A DNA stretch of 64,000 nt from Paraspadella gotoi (GCA_051294375.1 CM119268.1:3750579-3814578); one strand, 5' to 3'. Shown: positions 13,456 through 26,900, counted from the stretch's first letter. Numbers and translations are program-made. The notes: a model not told the origin generated them from the sequence alone.

Positions 13456-14399
13456 GTAGTGATAGCGTTGTCTTGGCGGAGGAAGCTGGCGAGGAGAAGG
13501 GGAGGGATTTGAACGGAAGAGGAGGAGAGGAAGATAAGGAGGGGAAAGAGGAGGAAGAGGAGATGGAGGGCGAAAGAGGAGGAAAGAGAGGAGGATGAAA
13601 GAAAGGAGGAGGAAGAGGCAGGGAGGGCTAAGATGGAGGAGGGAGAGCAGAAGGAAGATGTGGACAATACTATTGTCAACACACAACAACAACAACGACA
13701 GCAGCAACCAAACCTATTTGTCATTCTGATGGTAATTTAAATTGTTAAATTTGATATTTTTGGTTCATATCATGTAAATTAAACATGCTCGTCATCTTGT
13801 ACTAAAACTACAAGGAATTAATATTTTAAATACTAAGCATCCATCAGCATATAAGTTCCTAAAGCACCCGTCAGCAAAATGATTCTGCATTGTAAGTTTG
13901 TAACGTCTTCAAGTTTCTGACATGGCAAATTTTCTCACTCCAACCTTCGCCAAACACCGTGAGCGCAATATCCGTTTACGATTAAAGACTTCAACTCTAG
14001 TGAAGCTCGCGGTTAAAATTTTCTAACCTTGCACAAAAACACGTGAGTGAATATCTTCTGCTATCGCAGAGACTTCAACTTCGTGGAAATCCGCGATGAA
14101 GAATCGAAGCGAAAAAAAATTTTTCGCCAAAAAATCTTCGTCCGTCGTTTTTTCGATTTCTTGAAGACAAAAACCGAAAAAAAATCGAATTCCGTGGAAA
14201 TTAGTTCATCGCCGACGAAGAAGGGGACGGGGGTCTGTCTGCGCTGAAGATGGGGGAAGGAGGCGGCGTAAGTAAGGGGGGTGGCGGTGTGAGATGAAAT
14301 TATAAGATCAAAGATCGTATAAATATAGAAGAAAAGTAACTTCTATGAAAGTGGTAAATCATATAATATATCCATTCATTTAATAAATAACTATCTTCT

Positions 14400-14535
14400 G
14401 GCCCCTGACACTTTGGACAGGCTTTGGTGTTTAGCAAGGCCTCGATCACTCTTACAAGCTAATGAACATAGGGCAGGTCCCTGCAAGCTTTTCAATCAGA
14501 CTCTCTCAGCAGTCTCGTTTAATCACTCTCCCAGT
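14400..14535 (+). repeat. Unclassified short interspersed repeat (copies at 14400-14535 +, ~17405-17530 -, ~33715-33816 +)
   Basis: Shared blocks GCAAG(C/G)TTTCAATC and AGACTC..TC.CAGTCTC in all three; TTTGGACAGGCT shared by the two + copies. Confidence 0.65.
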
Positions 14536-14597
14536 TTTGATAGTTGATATTTGATTTTCGTTGTTTGCAATTTTACTTCCGACGGATTTTTCACAGT

Positions 14598-14844
14598 TGA
14601 ACCGACAGAGAAATGTTTATGAATTAAGGAATCACCGTTCCATCAAACTTTAAACATTAAACAAAGCAGTCCTGAGTCCGGATCGGCAGCTGAAAGATTA
14701 GTAACAATGCTAAAGGCGGGCATTAACGTTTTGTTAATCTAGGGGGCGACCTGGCTAGAACTCGGGACCTTTTCGAATGAGAAAGGAATGACTCGTCCCC
14801 ATAGCTAATAATGAAACAGTCGGTCGATTTTCTGTGTAACAACA
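14598..14844 (-). mobile_element. Probable diverged solo LTR related to the tRNA-bearing TRIM family
   Basis: Same motif order as the TRIM LTR: TGAA..GACAG, ACCGTTC, AAGCAGTCCTGAG..CGGATC, GGCGGG, GGCTAGAAC..GGACCTTT, GAATGACT; ends ..AACA. Confidence 0.55.
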
Positions 14845-15294
14845 AGTGGAAGATAGAATATTTCATGTCGTTTACTTGGTTAGTTATTAACTAATCGGCA
14901 AAAACTCTTGCCAAATAATTATAATATTATTAACTTTCTGTAATGTAATGTAATGTATGTAATGTAAGAATTCCTTTTCCTTAGCGCTTCTCCATCCGCT
15001 TCCAGTCGACTTTCTCCCACATTCCAAGTCAAACGATTCGAAAGGTAAGTTTATTTCCTCTGCAAACTGAGACTCTTCGCGGGACCCGGTTTGCGCATTT
15101 GCCAGTTTGCCATCGGCTTGTCGTCGAATGCCACCTTTGGGTCATTCTAAGTCTTATGTCGTCGGAACGCGAGGAAACGCGGATGGAAACACCTTTTTAA
15201 GATTTTTGTCTTGTAAATGTAAATGTAAATAAAAAAAGCAATACTTAACCGATTTTGTTTTAATGTGTTCAACTTTCAAAAAAATTAAGAGACC

Positions 15295-15758
15295 TGAAGA
15301 GACAGTAATTATTGATAAGCTGGTTAATGACAGAACCGTTCAATATAAGCATCCTCAAGCAGCCTGAGCTTCGAATCAGGCTGTAAACACATGTTAACAA
15401 GGGCGGGTTAAGCGCCCCGTCCCTCTTAACTGCCAGTACGACCACCGGCTAGAACCGCCGGACCTTTTGGGGTGGGATGGCCTGTTGAGTCTTCTTCAGT
15501 GAATTTGTGTTGTGGTGGATAAGTTCGTCACCGAAGTTGAGGCATGTCGCTGATGGTTGTGGGCGAGAAGTGGCATCGCCAGGTTGAGGCATATGTCGCC
15601 TGAAAGTGTGTTGTTGGCGTTGTGTTCGAAGTCGGGCTCACCAATGAAGAGACAGTAATTATTGATCGAGTGTTAATGACAGAACCGTTCATATAAGCAG
15701 TCCCTGAAGGCTTCGGATAGCTGATGAACGGTTGGTGGAATTTTAGATCCACCAATAA
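15295..15758 (-). mobile_element. Internally deleted copy of the tRNA-bearing TRIM
   Basis: Two LTR starts TGAAGAGACAGTAATTATTG (15295, 15644); internal region aligns to 22670-22835; minus-strand PBS TGGTGAGCCCGAC; flanks GACC / GACG. Confidence 0.8.
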
Positions 15759-18088
15759 GACGGCAATAGTTATCGCAGATGAACCAACAATAAGTAGAAA
15801 AAATGGCTAGGGTTCCGGTTAAGATTTTGTCAAAATAGGGCGCTTTCGGAAAAATAGTGCCGGTCCAGGGCTTGATTCTGGCTGACGAATTATGGCGGTT
15901 TTTTCGTTAATTCATATTTTAAGATCGATTTTTGTTCAAATATAAATTAACTTTTGCGGCTCAGATTTTTACCATGGATTTTAATTAAGCTCGAAAATCG
16001 AGATTTCGATATTTTTTTTCAAATTCGATGTTGAGATGAAAAAAAAAAATTGGGTTTCGATTGAACGGCTTTTTTTTCGTGTGAAGTTAATCTCTCTCTC
16101 TCTCTCTCTTCTCGTCTTCTCTCTCTCTCTCTCTCTCTCTCCTCTCTCTCGGATCTTACTCTCCTCTCTCTCTCTCTCTCTCGCTCTCCTCGCTCTCTCT
16201 CTCCTCGCTCTAATATCGGTTTCCTCGGTGATTTAAGCCGTTATGCGCGCACGCGTGGGTCCCCCAAAAGTAAAAGCAACTCGATACGGGTGCACTTGTA
16301 TGAAAAGGAACCATTGTGTACAAATTTGACAAGAAGGCGATACGGAAGAGAATGGGGAAAGTAGAAAGTAACAGAAGAGAGAGAGAGAAGAGAGAGAGAG
16401 AGAGATCCTCTTCGCAGAGCCTATACGACCGTTTTCTCCAAGAGAACGCGAATTAGGAAGAGAATTTATAATTTTCAATTTTAAAAGAAAAAAAATTATT
16501 TCTTCGTTTCTTTTCTTTGTTTTCTTTTTGCTGTTTTATATTTTTTTTTTTTTAAATTTCGGCGCTTCTTTATTTTTATTTCCAGAGCGAAAGAGAAAAA
16601 GTTGCAGGCTTTCAGATTTTCTCATCAACGCAATGGCGTTCGGAGGCGAAACTGTATTTCATTTTAAAGTTTTAAATCTTTTGTTGGGGGCAAAGACTGT
16701 ATTTCATCAACAGTCAAATCTTTTGTTTGGAGGGGAAAATGTATCATAAATCTAATTTTAATTTTTTTTAACTGTAATTTAGCAGTGTAAGTTTAAATAT
16801 TGTAATTAGGGAGACGAACGTAATTTCAACAGTTTTAAATTATAACCTGTATGACGACACTTTTTTTCATTAAGTTTCTATGTTTTTTCCTTCTTTGTTT
16901 CGGACCCAATCGTAATTATAAAAGCCGCTTTGATAACACTGATCTGAAATTCAGGTAATGAATTTAATAAAAAACATTACTGAGTTAGAAACGAATCTTT
17001 AACTTTACGATCAATTTTCAAATGTTTCTTAATCTGATTAATAAAAATGTTGAGCCAAATTTGGCGACAAAATTATTTAATATAATCTCGATGAACTTAA
17101 TTGGAGAGAGAAATTGGAGGTAAGAGGGAGGGAGGAAAAGAGAGAGAGTGAGCAGAGAGAGAGAGAGAGAGAAGCAGAGAGAGGAGAAGAGTAGAGAGAG
17201 AGAGAGAGATTAGAGAGGAGAGATAGAATAGTCGTTTTGATAATGGTCGTGAACGTTTTTAGAAATCACTTAACATATATATACACATATAGTATTCCCC
17301 CCCGATCTAATATTTAAGGGAGTGGTCTATTACATAACAATTGAAAACATTCTTTGAAAGCATTATAACCACTTCATCTATTGATAGGAGGGAGCCAGGT
17401 ATTCGGGGGAGTGAATAAACGAGACTGTGAGAGAGTCTTGATTGAAACCTTGCAAGGGACTGCGTGGCTATGTCGTTCATCTTGACAAGAGTGCGATGGA
17501 GGGTTCCTACAACGACCAAGTAGGACACAGATAAGCCTAAATTTTATTAAATCAAATTGATACATTCTCTACTGAAGAACACGATATTTTGGTTGTACAA
17601 ATATTGCATATTATTTTTTTTTTCTGTAAAAGTTCCTTTGACTTTATGGGTAGGTTTTTAATTCAAAATGTCATTAACCGATGCTATCATCTCACGACAA
17701 ATTAGCGTATTCCAACCTACGCCTACCCATCCCCAGTCACCCTCACGCATTTCCTCACTTTTCCCCCCTCTCTCGCGTTCGTTGAAAAACCACAAAATTC
17801 TCTGGAACAGAAGAACAGCTCGATTAATAAAGGAAATTGAAAGGAGACACAGGAAAGGAGGAGTGTTCGGATTCCTTTATTAGTGAGAGAGAGATGGAGG
17901 CCACGAAAGCGCTACTAATGAGCGACGAGAGGAGAGAGAGAGAAGAGAGGAGAGAGAGAGAGAGAGAGAGAGAGTTGTCCACTCTAAAACGGCGGTTCTT
18001 CCCGGTTCACGAATCGAAATAAAGGCGGCCTTTTTGAAATCATGCCAACACCAAAATGTGTCGCTGCCCGGTTTGTTGATAATATACG

Positions 18089-18142
<54 letters not shown>

Positions 18143-18914
18143 GAGAGAGATTGGATAAGGAATATCCGTCTCATACACGGTTGCATCGAGATTCCAATCA
18201 AATCGTGAAACGCGAATCGAGAATTCTGTTTTTGTGTAAAAAACACAAACCAAAAAAACAACACAAAGCAAACACAAACAATAATAAAAAAACAGAAAAA
18301 CACGACCATAACAACTTCCCTCTTACTATAATCTGTTCTCTAGTATTATTTGTTTGTATCGAAAATTGTTAAAAAGGAATGTTTAAGGTTACAGTATTTT
18401 AGAAAACAACAATGCTTGAAATCGTGTATTTTGTTGGCCTTTTAATATAAAAATTTTATATGACATAAAAATTAAGAGAAAGGGCATGATTAATTATCAC
18501 TAAAAATTAAAATTCTATAAAATTTAGCAATGGTTAATCTAGCCAATAAATACATTAAGATTTCATAATATTTCACAGTGTCGATACCATAGTCGGGTTG
18601 GGCGTTTAGGACTCTTTTATAATTTGTAAATCATAAAACTTAAGCAGGGTGGCGAAAACGCCTAGTTGTTTCGTTAAAAGTGCGTAGGTGAAGAAATCGC
18701 TATCGCCACTTACGTCTTCTAAGGTGCAACTGCTTTTCGAAGCGTGGCGGCCGCCAGGGTTTTTTCATTGTATGATGTATATATGATGTATATATAGTAT
18801 ATTGGATTTGGTCCTGCAAATTAATATATTTCTATCAATTTTGTTAGTTCCTGTATCTGAAACAATTTGATTTCAAGAATAACTTCAATTAATTTTCAAT
18901 TAATGATGCTCATT

Positions 18915-19165
18915 TTCAAATAGGCGACGAGGCCTTAAGACTTTAAGTCGTTTCAAAAACAATCAATCTTTTCAGAATCGTCTGCGCATCTTTGATGGAT
19001 TTACGGAGTTTCAACAAGCGGCAAGGAATGGCCCACTTCAAGAGAATCAGGGTAAGACGAGTGGATATTCCAAATCCCCCCAGCCACTCGCACCTCAAAC
19101 AGCTCCTTAATAGTGATTTATTAGCAGGGAATTAACTTATTATTATTATTATATTATTTTTATTA

Positions 19166-19196
<31 letters not shown>

Positions 19197-19222
19197 ATTT
19201 ATTATTATTATATATTATTTTA

Positions 19223-19262
<40 letters not shown>

Positions 19263-19505
19263 TTATAATGATTTGGAGGAGTGGTGAGGTGGTGAGGTAA
19301 TTATTATTATCATATTTATTACTATCATAATCATTATTATCACAATAATTCATTTTATCATCTATTATTTCAAGTACTATTTTCACTAGCGAGATTCAAT
19401 TTGGTTTAATCTCTTACATTTTCATCCTTGAATAGATGAGTTACCCCGTTGCAGTAAAAAAACAATACGGCGCCAAGCGAAAACACATCAGCAGGAAACG
19501 AATAT
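18915..19505 (-). pseudogene. Inverted second copy of kinase exons 3-4 (exon 3 19418-19505; exon 4 ~18915-19106)
   Basis: Minus strand reads YSFPADVFSLGAVLFFYCNGVTHLFKDEN between AG and GTAAGA; reverse complement of 26555-27100. Could be an allelic copy rather than a true pseudogene. Confidence 0.75.
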
Positions 19506-20976
19506 CTAATAGAAAAAAAATATGTATAATCCACAAAAAAGTCGTAATAACTATGTAATATATCATTAATTTTTTTTATCAGTAGAAAATATGACTCGAG
19601 TCATACCATTTACTATTTACACTGGAGATTCTAATTCACGTGCTTAAAATTTAAAAAAAAGCAAAAAAAAAAAAAACCTATCTTACCTCATATGAGGTAA
19701 AAAAACCCAATCTTACCTTAATGAGGTAAGTTTGGTTTTTTAAATAATTTTATTTGTAATTTTAGTAAATCCGGAGAGACTAAATGATAAAACAAAAGAA
19801 GAGAGAGAAACGAGAAATATGCATCACCCAAGAAAACCCAGCGCAGAAAATTAATTGTCATATAGATGTAGAGTACAATTAATATTATTTAATTTAAAGG
19901 TTAGCTAACGGTAAATTTTAGGGATCACACTCTATTTTGCCAATAAATTATTGTAAAACATACACCAACCTCCCGTGCACAATGTTTACATTCTGCATTT
20001 GAAAATTGTTAACCCAACAACAAATAATCCACCCACCTCCCTTTTACTCCGGGTCCCCTCCTGGACCCTGCATTGTCCGTGTATTTTTATTGTTTACTAT
20101 ATATTTTCAGAAAAAAAGAATGCAGCTAGAGTAGAGCATTTTATATTCTTAAAAAATGGGATTATATCCATTACACAGGACAAGGGATCTTTTTCCCGGC
20201 AGCGCGCGCGGGTTTTACTAGGGGTTCAGGAGGGGCGTGGGTAAGGAAATGGTTAAAGGGTGATTTTTCAAGGAATTACAAAAAATAGGAATTATGACAT
20301 CATTGAAGAAAAGAAGGGATCATTGAAAGGAAGTTTTCTTTCGGGGGACCGGGTCCGTTGCGGGCCGGCGGTTGCCATTTAAACATTCGTATTTCCGATT
20401 CTTCATTTTAGTGACATTTACTTGAATTTGAAAAGCGGTGTCTCGCTGCTCTCTCTCTTCGTTTTCTGGCCACACACGACTTATAATTTAAACAAAATTA
20501 AACCACTTATGAAGGCCTGGGCCTGAATAAGAATCTTTTAAAATTATCGTAAATTTGTTTTTGTTATTATTAATTATTACAAATAATGTTCCATGATTAA
20601 CGAAAATATTAGCATAATGATTTTCAACTACTTTTGTCCTGTTTTTTATGTTCGCTTTCTCTTTTTCTCTTTGTTTTAATTTTACTAATCATTTAGAGAT
20701 TGTAAACAATCTTCGTAATATTATATTTTAAGTTATATTTGAATCTACTAATAACAAAAATTAAAACTGGTAGTGTGATCAGAATGCGTCTTTGTCCTTG
20801 CTGTTTTCAACTTTTTTGTAGCATACGGGTCCAATTCTTGAAGTTTAATTCCACCTCTGCCTTGATTTTTACTTACTACAAGTTACAAACGATAAAAAAA
20901 GTAAAATTTTTCTTTCAGAAAAAAAAAAGAATTAGTTCAGACCTGTAAAGACCCCTCCAAGTTTTCCTGAATCGCC

Positions 20977-23900
20977 ATGAGCACGTTAGAAAAGGAAACG
21001 CATTGGCGAAGGAGCCTTGGCGAAGTGTGGCGAGTGGAGGAAAGGATCGCGCCACTTCGCCATGAAGGTGCATTGACGGGACGAATCCGCAGAGTCAGAG
21101 CTTATGCTCTCGTCGGGCTGAATACGAATATCGTGACATTAGTGGAATGAAGAGAGGGTGTTAGGTGAGCTTCACCTGATGCATCAGTTGGCGCATTGGA
21201 GTTGGCTGATCAAGGCACCATGACCAACTTTGTGGAAGAAGTATTCACACATCCGCCCTCGAAATGGGGTCAGAACAGAGGTCCCCTGCGAGATGCCAGG
21301 GACGTGTTGGACAACTTTCTCGTGCTTTGAGTATCTCATGGAAAAGAGAGTGATGCACAGGTTAAATTCGTAGTTATGTATAGTACGAAGTAAAATCTCT
21401 ATGCCACGAATTTGAAATAATTATTATTGTGAGTTAATTCTTATTGCATATAAATTAGTGTGGTCAGAGAGAGTGGGGTAAAAAGAAAACGAGAGAGAGA
21501 GAAGAGAGAGAGAAAGTGTGTAAAAAAGGCAAACGAGTGCTGCGCCAAATATATGTAAATCGCTTTCAGGCTTAAACTGAAAATGTTTACTGTCGCACTA
21601 ATAATATTTATTAGTACTTAATAAATATTTTTAAATCAAAATAATAATATTTTCCGCTGCATCGTTTTTTAAAACTTGTCTCATTTTTCATACTTGCTTC
21701 ATTTTTTTTCAACTTGTATCTTTAAGGATTAAAATTTAAAAGCATTATTATTTTAATAATATGAACTAAAGAATATATTATAAGGTAATTGAACGTCAAA
21801 TATCGGATATTTGATTTAAAAAAGAAAAATATTAATTCATCTTACAATAAAATTGAAATAAAAAAATATGTTATTAAAATATCAATGAATATTCTTTAAT
21901 CTTAAGGAAACAATTTTAAAAATTGATTTCAAAGATTTTTTATTTAAAAAATAAATGGACATGTTTGGCTTAATTTATAAACCCTTCTTCAGCCGCACAT
22001 ATACAATCGCTTTAAAAAGGGCTTTAAAACTGAATGTTACTGCGGCACTCGAAGCGCTTCTTAACGCGACCGAGATAATCCGAGATTAATCGCAAATAAA
22101 CAAATCTAAGTTTCATCTCTATTTTCTAGAGTGCCTTAATTTGTGCTAATTATTATTTGAATTCAAATCCGTGTTCAAATCGCTCTCAAATAAATATTTT
22201 TTGGAAACATACACGTTTCTAACATGTAAAATACCTTAAACTATAGACCTTATAATTCTTAACGTATGTAATAAAGCAGAAATAGTACCACATTTTGAGA
22301 TACCAATACAATTTCCCATCTCAGGTAAGTAGATACAGTAAACAAGGAACAAGGCAAGCTGGATGGGTGGAAGGAGAAGTTAAACTACTGAAAGAGACAG
22401 ATTAATTGATATGGTGATTAATGACAGAACCGTTCAATATAAGTCAAGTCCCTGAGCTTCGGACAGGGCTGTAACAACCAAAATGTTACTGGCGGGTTAA
22501 GCGAGGCTCACCCGTCCCTCTTAACTGCAGATGACCACCGGGCTAGAACCCGGACTTTTGGGTTGGGGGAGCGAATGACTTGCCTTCGGCCAGTCCAATG
22601 GCCGCTGATGAACGTTGGTGGAATTTTAGTCCATCCATACATCCCCCCCTCCCCGTAGGGAGAAAGTCTGTGCGTCTCTTCAGTGTATTGTTGTGTTGGG
22701 GAAAGTGCGTCCACCAAGTTTGAGGCATGTCGCCTGATGTGTTGTGGGCGGAAAGTAGCATCGCCAGGTTGAGGCAGTTTGCCTGAAAGTGTTGTTGTTG
22801 CTGTTGTGTTCGGAAGTCGGGGCCTCAGCGCCCAATGAAGAGACAGTAATTATTGAATGTGTCAATGACAGAACCGTTTCAATATAAGCAGTCCCTGAGC
22901 TTCGGATCAGGCTGAACACCATGTACAGGCGGGTTAAGCGCACCCGTCCTTCTTAACTGACCAGAGACCACCGGGCTAGAACCGCCGGACCTTTGGGTGG
23001 GAGGCGAATGATTGCTCCGGCACCAATGGCCGCTATGATCGGTTGGTGGATTTTAGTCCACATACTACAAAATAGAAAGGTTAAATTAGTATAAATAATA
23101 ACATAATATCTTATATAACCTTAGTGCAATATAATCCAATGTAAAACAATCTTCAATTTTGGGGTTCTCAGAATGAGAATAAAACTTGCAGTACAAGTAA
23201 AGTATAGAATTCATAAGATAATTAATCTGCCTTCCCTTAATTTTTATGTCATGTAATAAGCAAAAAACTTTATTTTTTTGTAATATTATTTTATATTTGT
23301 TTTATATTTTATTTATATTTTAGTATTTTTTTATTTTATTTTAATTTATTTATTTTATTTATATTTTATTTTATATTTATTTTATATTTTATTTATATTT
23401 TATTTATATTATTTTATATTATTATTTTTTATTAAATTTGCTTTAGATAATCGTTTATTTTTAAGCGACAATGGTTTTTTAAATTTTTTATATAAACTTC
23501 GGCCTGATGGCAACTCCATCTCACTTTAGGGACTTGAAACCAAGAAAACATTCCTCGATGGATCTCGCGCTCCCATTACGTTGGAAACTGACCGGACTTG
23601 GGATATCCAAATGATCCAAGTCTGACAAATTTCCGTCAGTACATGCCGCAACTTGCATCGGAACTCCGATACTACATGGCACGGAAGTGATCAAGGGAGA
23701 AGAGTAACTTTAAAGATTTANNNNNNNNNNNNNNNNNNNNNNNNNAAGTGAGATGGATGTTGCCATCAGGTCCGAAGTTTTAATACAGAAAATTTTAAAA
23801 AACCATATGTGCTTAAAAATAACGATTATTTAAAAAACATTTTATTAAAAAAAATCCATTCCAGAATCTTCTTCCTCTTCCGGAATCCTCTTCCTTCATC

Positions 23901-26900
23901 TCTATTTTCTAGAGTGCCCTAATTTGTGCCCTAATTATTATTTGAATTCAAATCCGTGTTCAACTGCTCTCAAATAAGATTTTTGAAACCATACAGTTCT
24001 AACATGTAAATACACCTTAACTATAACCTTATATTCTTAGAACCATGTAATAAAAGCAAATAGTAACCACATTTTGAGATAATACAATTTCCATCTCAGG
24101 TAAGTAGACAGTAAACAAGGGAACCAGGCAAGCTGGATGGGTGGAAGGAGAAGTTAAAACCTACAAAAATAGACAAGGAAATATGTTAAATAAGTAACAT
24201 ATATTATAACCTAAGTGCAAATAATTCCAATGTAAAACTAATCTTCAATTTAGAATAGAGAATAAAAAATTGGAGTAAAGTAAAGTATAGAATTCATAGA
24301 TAATTAATCTGCCTTTCTCTTAATTTTTATGTCATGTAAAAAGAAAAAAATTTTATTATTTTATTATTTATATTTTGTTTTATATTTTTATATTTATATT
24401 TTATTTTATATTTTATTTATTTATTTATATTTTATATTTTATTTTTATTTTATTTTATTTTATTTTATATCATTAGTATTATATTATATAGAAAGATTTT
24501 AGGATAAGAGTATTTTACAGCGAGGAAATCTGATATGGATTTTTTAAAAATTTTTATAATATTATAAATATACGGACCTGATGGCAACATCCATCTAGCA
24601 CATAACTTAACGTGAAACCAGAAACATTCTCGGATTTGGGATCTCGCGCTCCCATTACGTGGAAACTGACCGACTTTGGGATTCCAAATTGATCAAGTCT
24701 GACAAATTTCGTCAGTACATGGCCGCAACTGTCATCGGAACTCCGAACTACGATGGCACCGGAAGTGATCCAGGAGAGAGTAAGCTTTAAGATTTACTAA
24801 AATTACAAATAAAATTATTTTAAAAAACCAATCTTACCTCATTAAGGTAAATTGGGTTTTTTTACCCTCATATGAGGTAAGATAGTGTTTTTTTTTTCTT
24901 TTTTTTTAAAATTTTAAGCACTTGAATTAGAATCTCCAGTGTAAATAGTAAATGGTATAGGAAGCCGCTATAGAAAAAGAAAGCCAGTGACTTTTTTCCT
25001 TATATTTTATATCGATAGATTGTGGAATGACGGGGAATATATTGTAAATCTCAAGTTTCGCTTTTAATCGGACCTCACATTGTGGAAATCTTAGGGAAAC
25101 CCCAATCAAATTCCACCCCTTTTTTTTTCAACATTTCTCGCCTTTTAAGATTTCGCCGATTCTGACTTCCTTTCTTTTACAACTTTATAATTCGCTAGTA
25201 GTTAATTTTTTTCTTAAACGAGCGAAGGGAATTCCATAACTTTCATTTGTTATTTTATGATTTCTGCGTAAAAAAATATAATGAATAACATTAACATTAG
25301 GGATATTATGAAAGTTAAAATGTTCTTTGTGAAGCCTGTGAGAGTTAAATAATTAAAAGCATTCGCCTATTTTTATTATTGAAAAATTGATCTTAAAGTG
25401 AAGTAGTGATTTTGAACGTCTTTCCAGCCTCATCAGTTAAACATCCCTTTCTCTTAACATAAAATAATGTTTACTTTTTGCTGGTGGAAAAGAAAGATAA
25501 ATAGTTAGGCGTGATGGGGTGAATATATTTTTGTAGAATTTTGTAAGCATGCTTTGTAATATCAGTTGAAGCAAATATTTTAAGTGAAAAAAAAAATATA
25601 TTTTCTTTATCCAAAAAAACTTTAAAGTTTTTACTATGTACAATTTAGGCCTTTTTTCTTTCAAATCGCTAAAAAGAATTTTATTTTCATTTATTTTTAT
25701 GGGTTTCATTAGTTTTTTTAAAATTCATTATAATTTTGAACCTTAGTTTGACACTCCACCCTGTAAAGAGGTTTTCAGCAAAAATAATTCTAATTTATTG
25801 TAAACTTGTATGTGCCTAATGATTATGGCTTCATTTTTGACTATTTGCATCCCGTGTATCTTTGTTTCCTTCAAGAGATATCAGGAAAAATCAGTTTTTT
25901 TCTCGTTCAACCTTCCCTTTTAATTTCTTATTAAATAAAAATTTCATGTTTGTCAAACCAGAACCAAATGGGAACTTTACAATGTTGGTTTACTATGAAG
26001 AGTTTGGTCCAATAATGAAAAGAAAAAATTTTGGCAAGCTGACTTGAGGACAATGAGGCTTTTTAAATCTCAAAATTCGAGGGGTAATATTATAATGTTA
26101 ACATACCCCTAGCCCCGTTTTACAATTTTTTTTGAAAAGCAAAATTTCCTTTCATTTCTATAGTAAAAACAAGGTTTTGCAAAATTCCTTCCGGAGATGA
26201 CTAGTGCATTTCCCCTGGCTTGTTTTTGATTATTAAATCCTTTATCAAATGCCATAAGACGGAATTTGGCTAGCCTCTTAAGATATAACGCCTATCGGAA
26301 TCGTGTGTTTTTTACAACTGTTTCTTTACCCGAATTTCTGCAATCTGTTTTGCAATTTGGGTAGTCAGATTTTAACGGATGGAAAATCTCTTTAAGAAAA
26401 ATGTTGAATTTTTGCTTTTATTTTAGCGAAAGATTCCTCAGTGTAATATAAATGGTAGACTCGAGTCATTATTTTCTACTGATAAAAAAAAATTAATGAT
26501 ATATTACATAGTTATTACGACTTTTTGTGGATTATACCATATTTTTTCTATTAGAATTCGTTCCTGCTGATGTGTTTTTCGCTTGGCGCCGTATTGTTTT
26601 TTTACTGCAACGGGGTAACTCATCTATTCAAGGATGAAAATGTAAGAGATTAAACCAAATGAATCTCGCTAGTGAAAATAGTACTTGAAATAATAGATGA
26701 TAAAATATGAATTATTGTGATAATTAAGATTATGATAGGTAATAAATTGTATAATAATATTATAAGTCTATATATAATAATAAATATAATAATAATAATA
26801 ATATAATAATAATAATAATTAATAATAATAATTAATATAATAATAATAATAATTAATAATAAATAATAATATAATAATAATAAATAATAATAATAATAAT

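Noticed and set aside
22966-23031. Functional tRNA-Gly gene or simple SINE dimer
   Set aside because: Anticodon stem pairs poorly, and the sequence sits inside TG..CA repeats with PBS, PPT and TSD, which indicates an LTR element.
22389-23064. Hammerhead, HDV-like, twister or pistol ribozyme (CTGATGA, GGCGAATG motifs)
   Set aside because: Required stems and pseudoknot pairings could not be built by eye; GGCGAATG is explained as the antisense of the tRNA-like segment.
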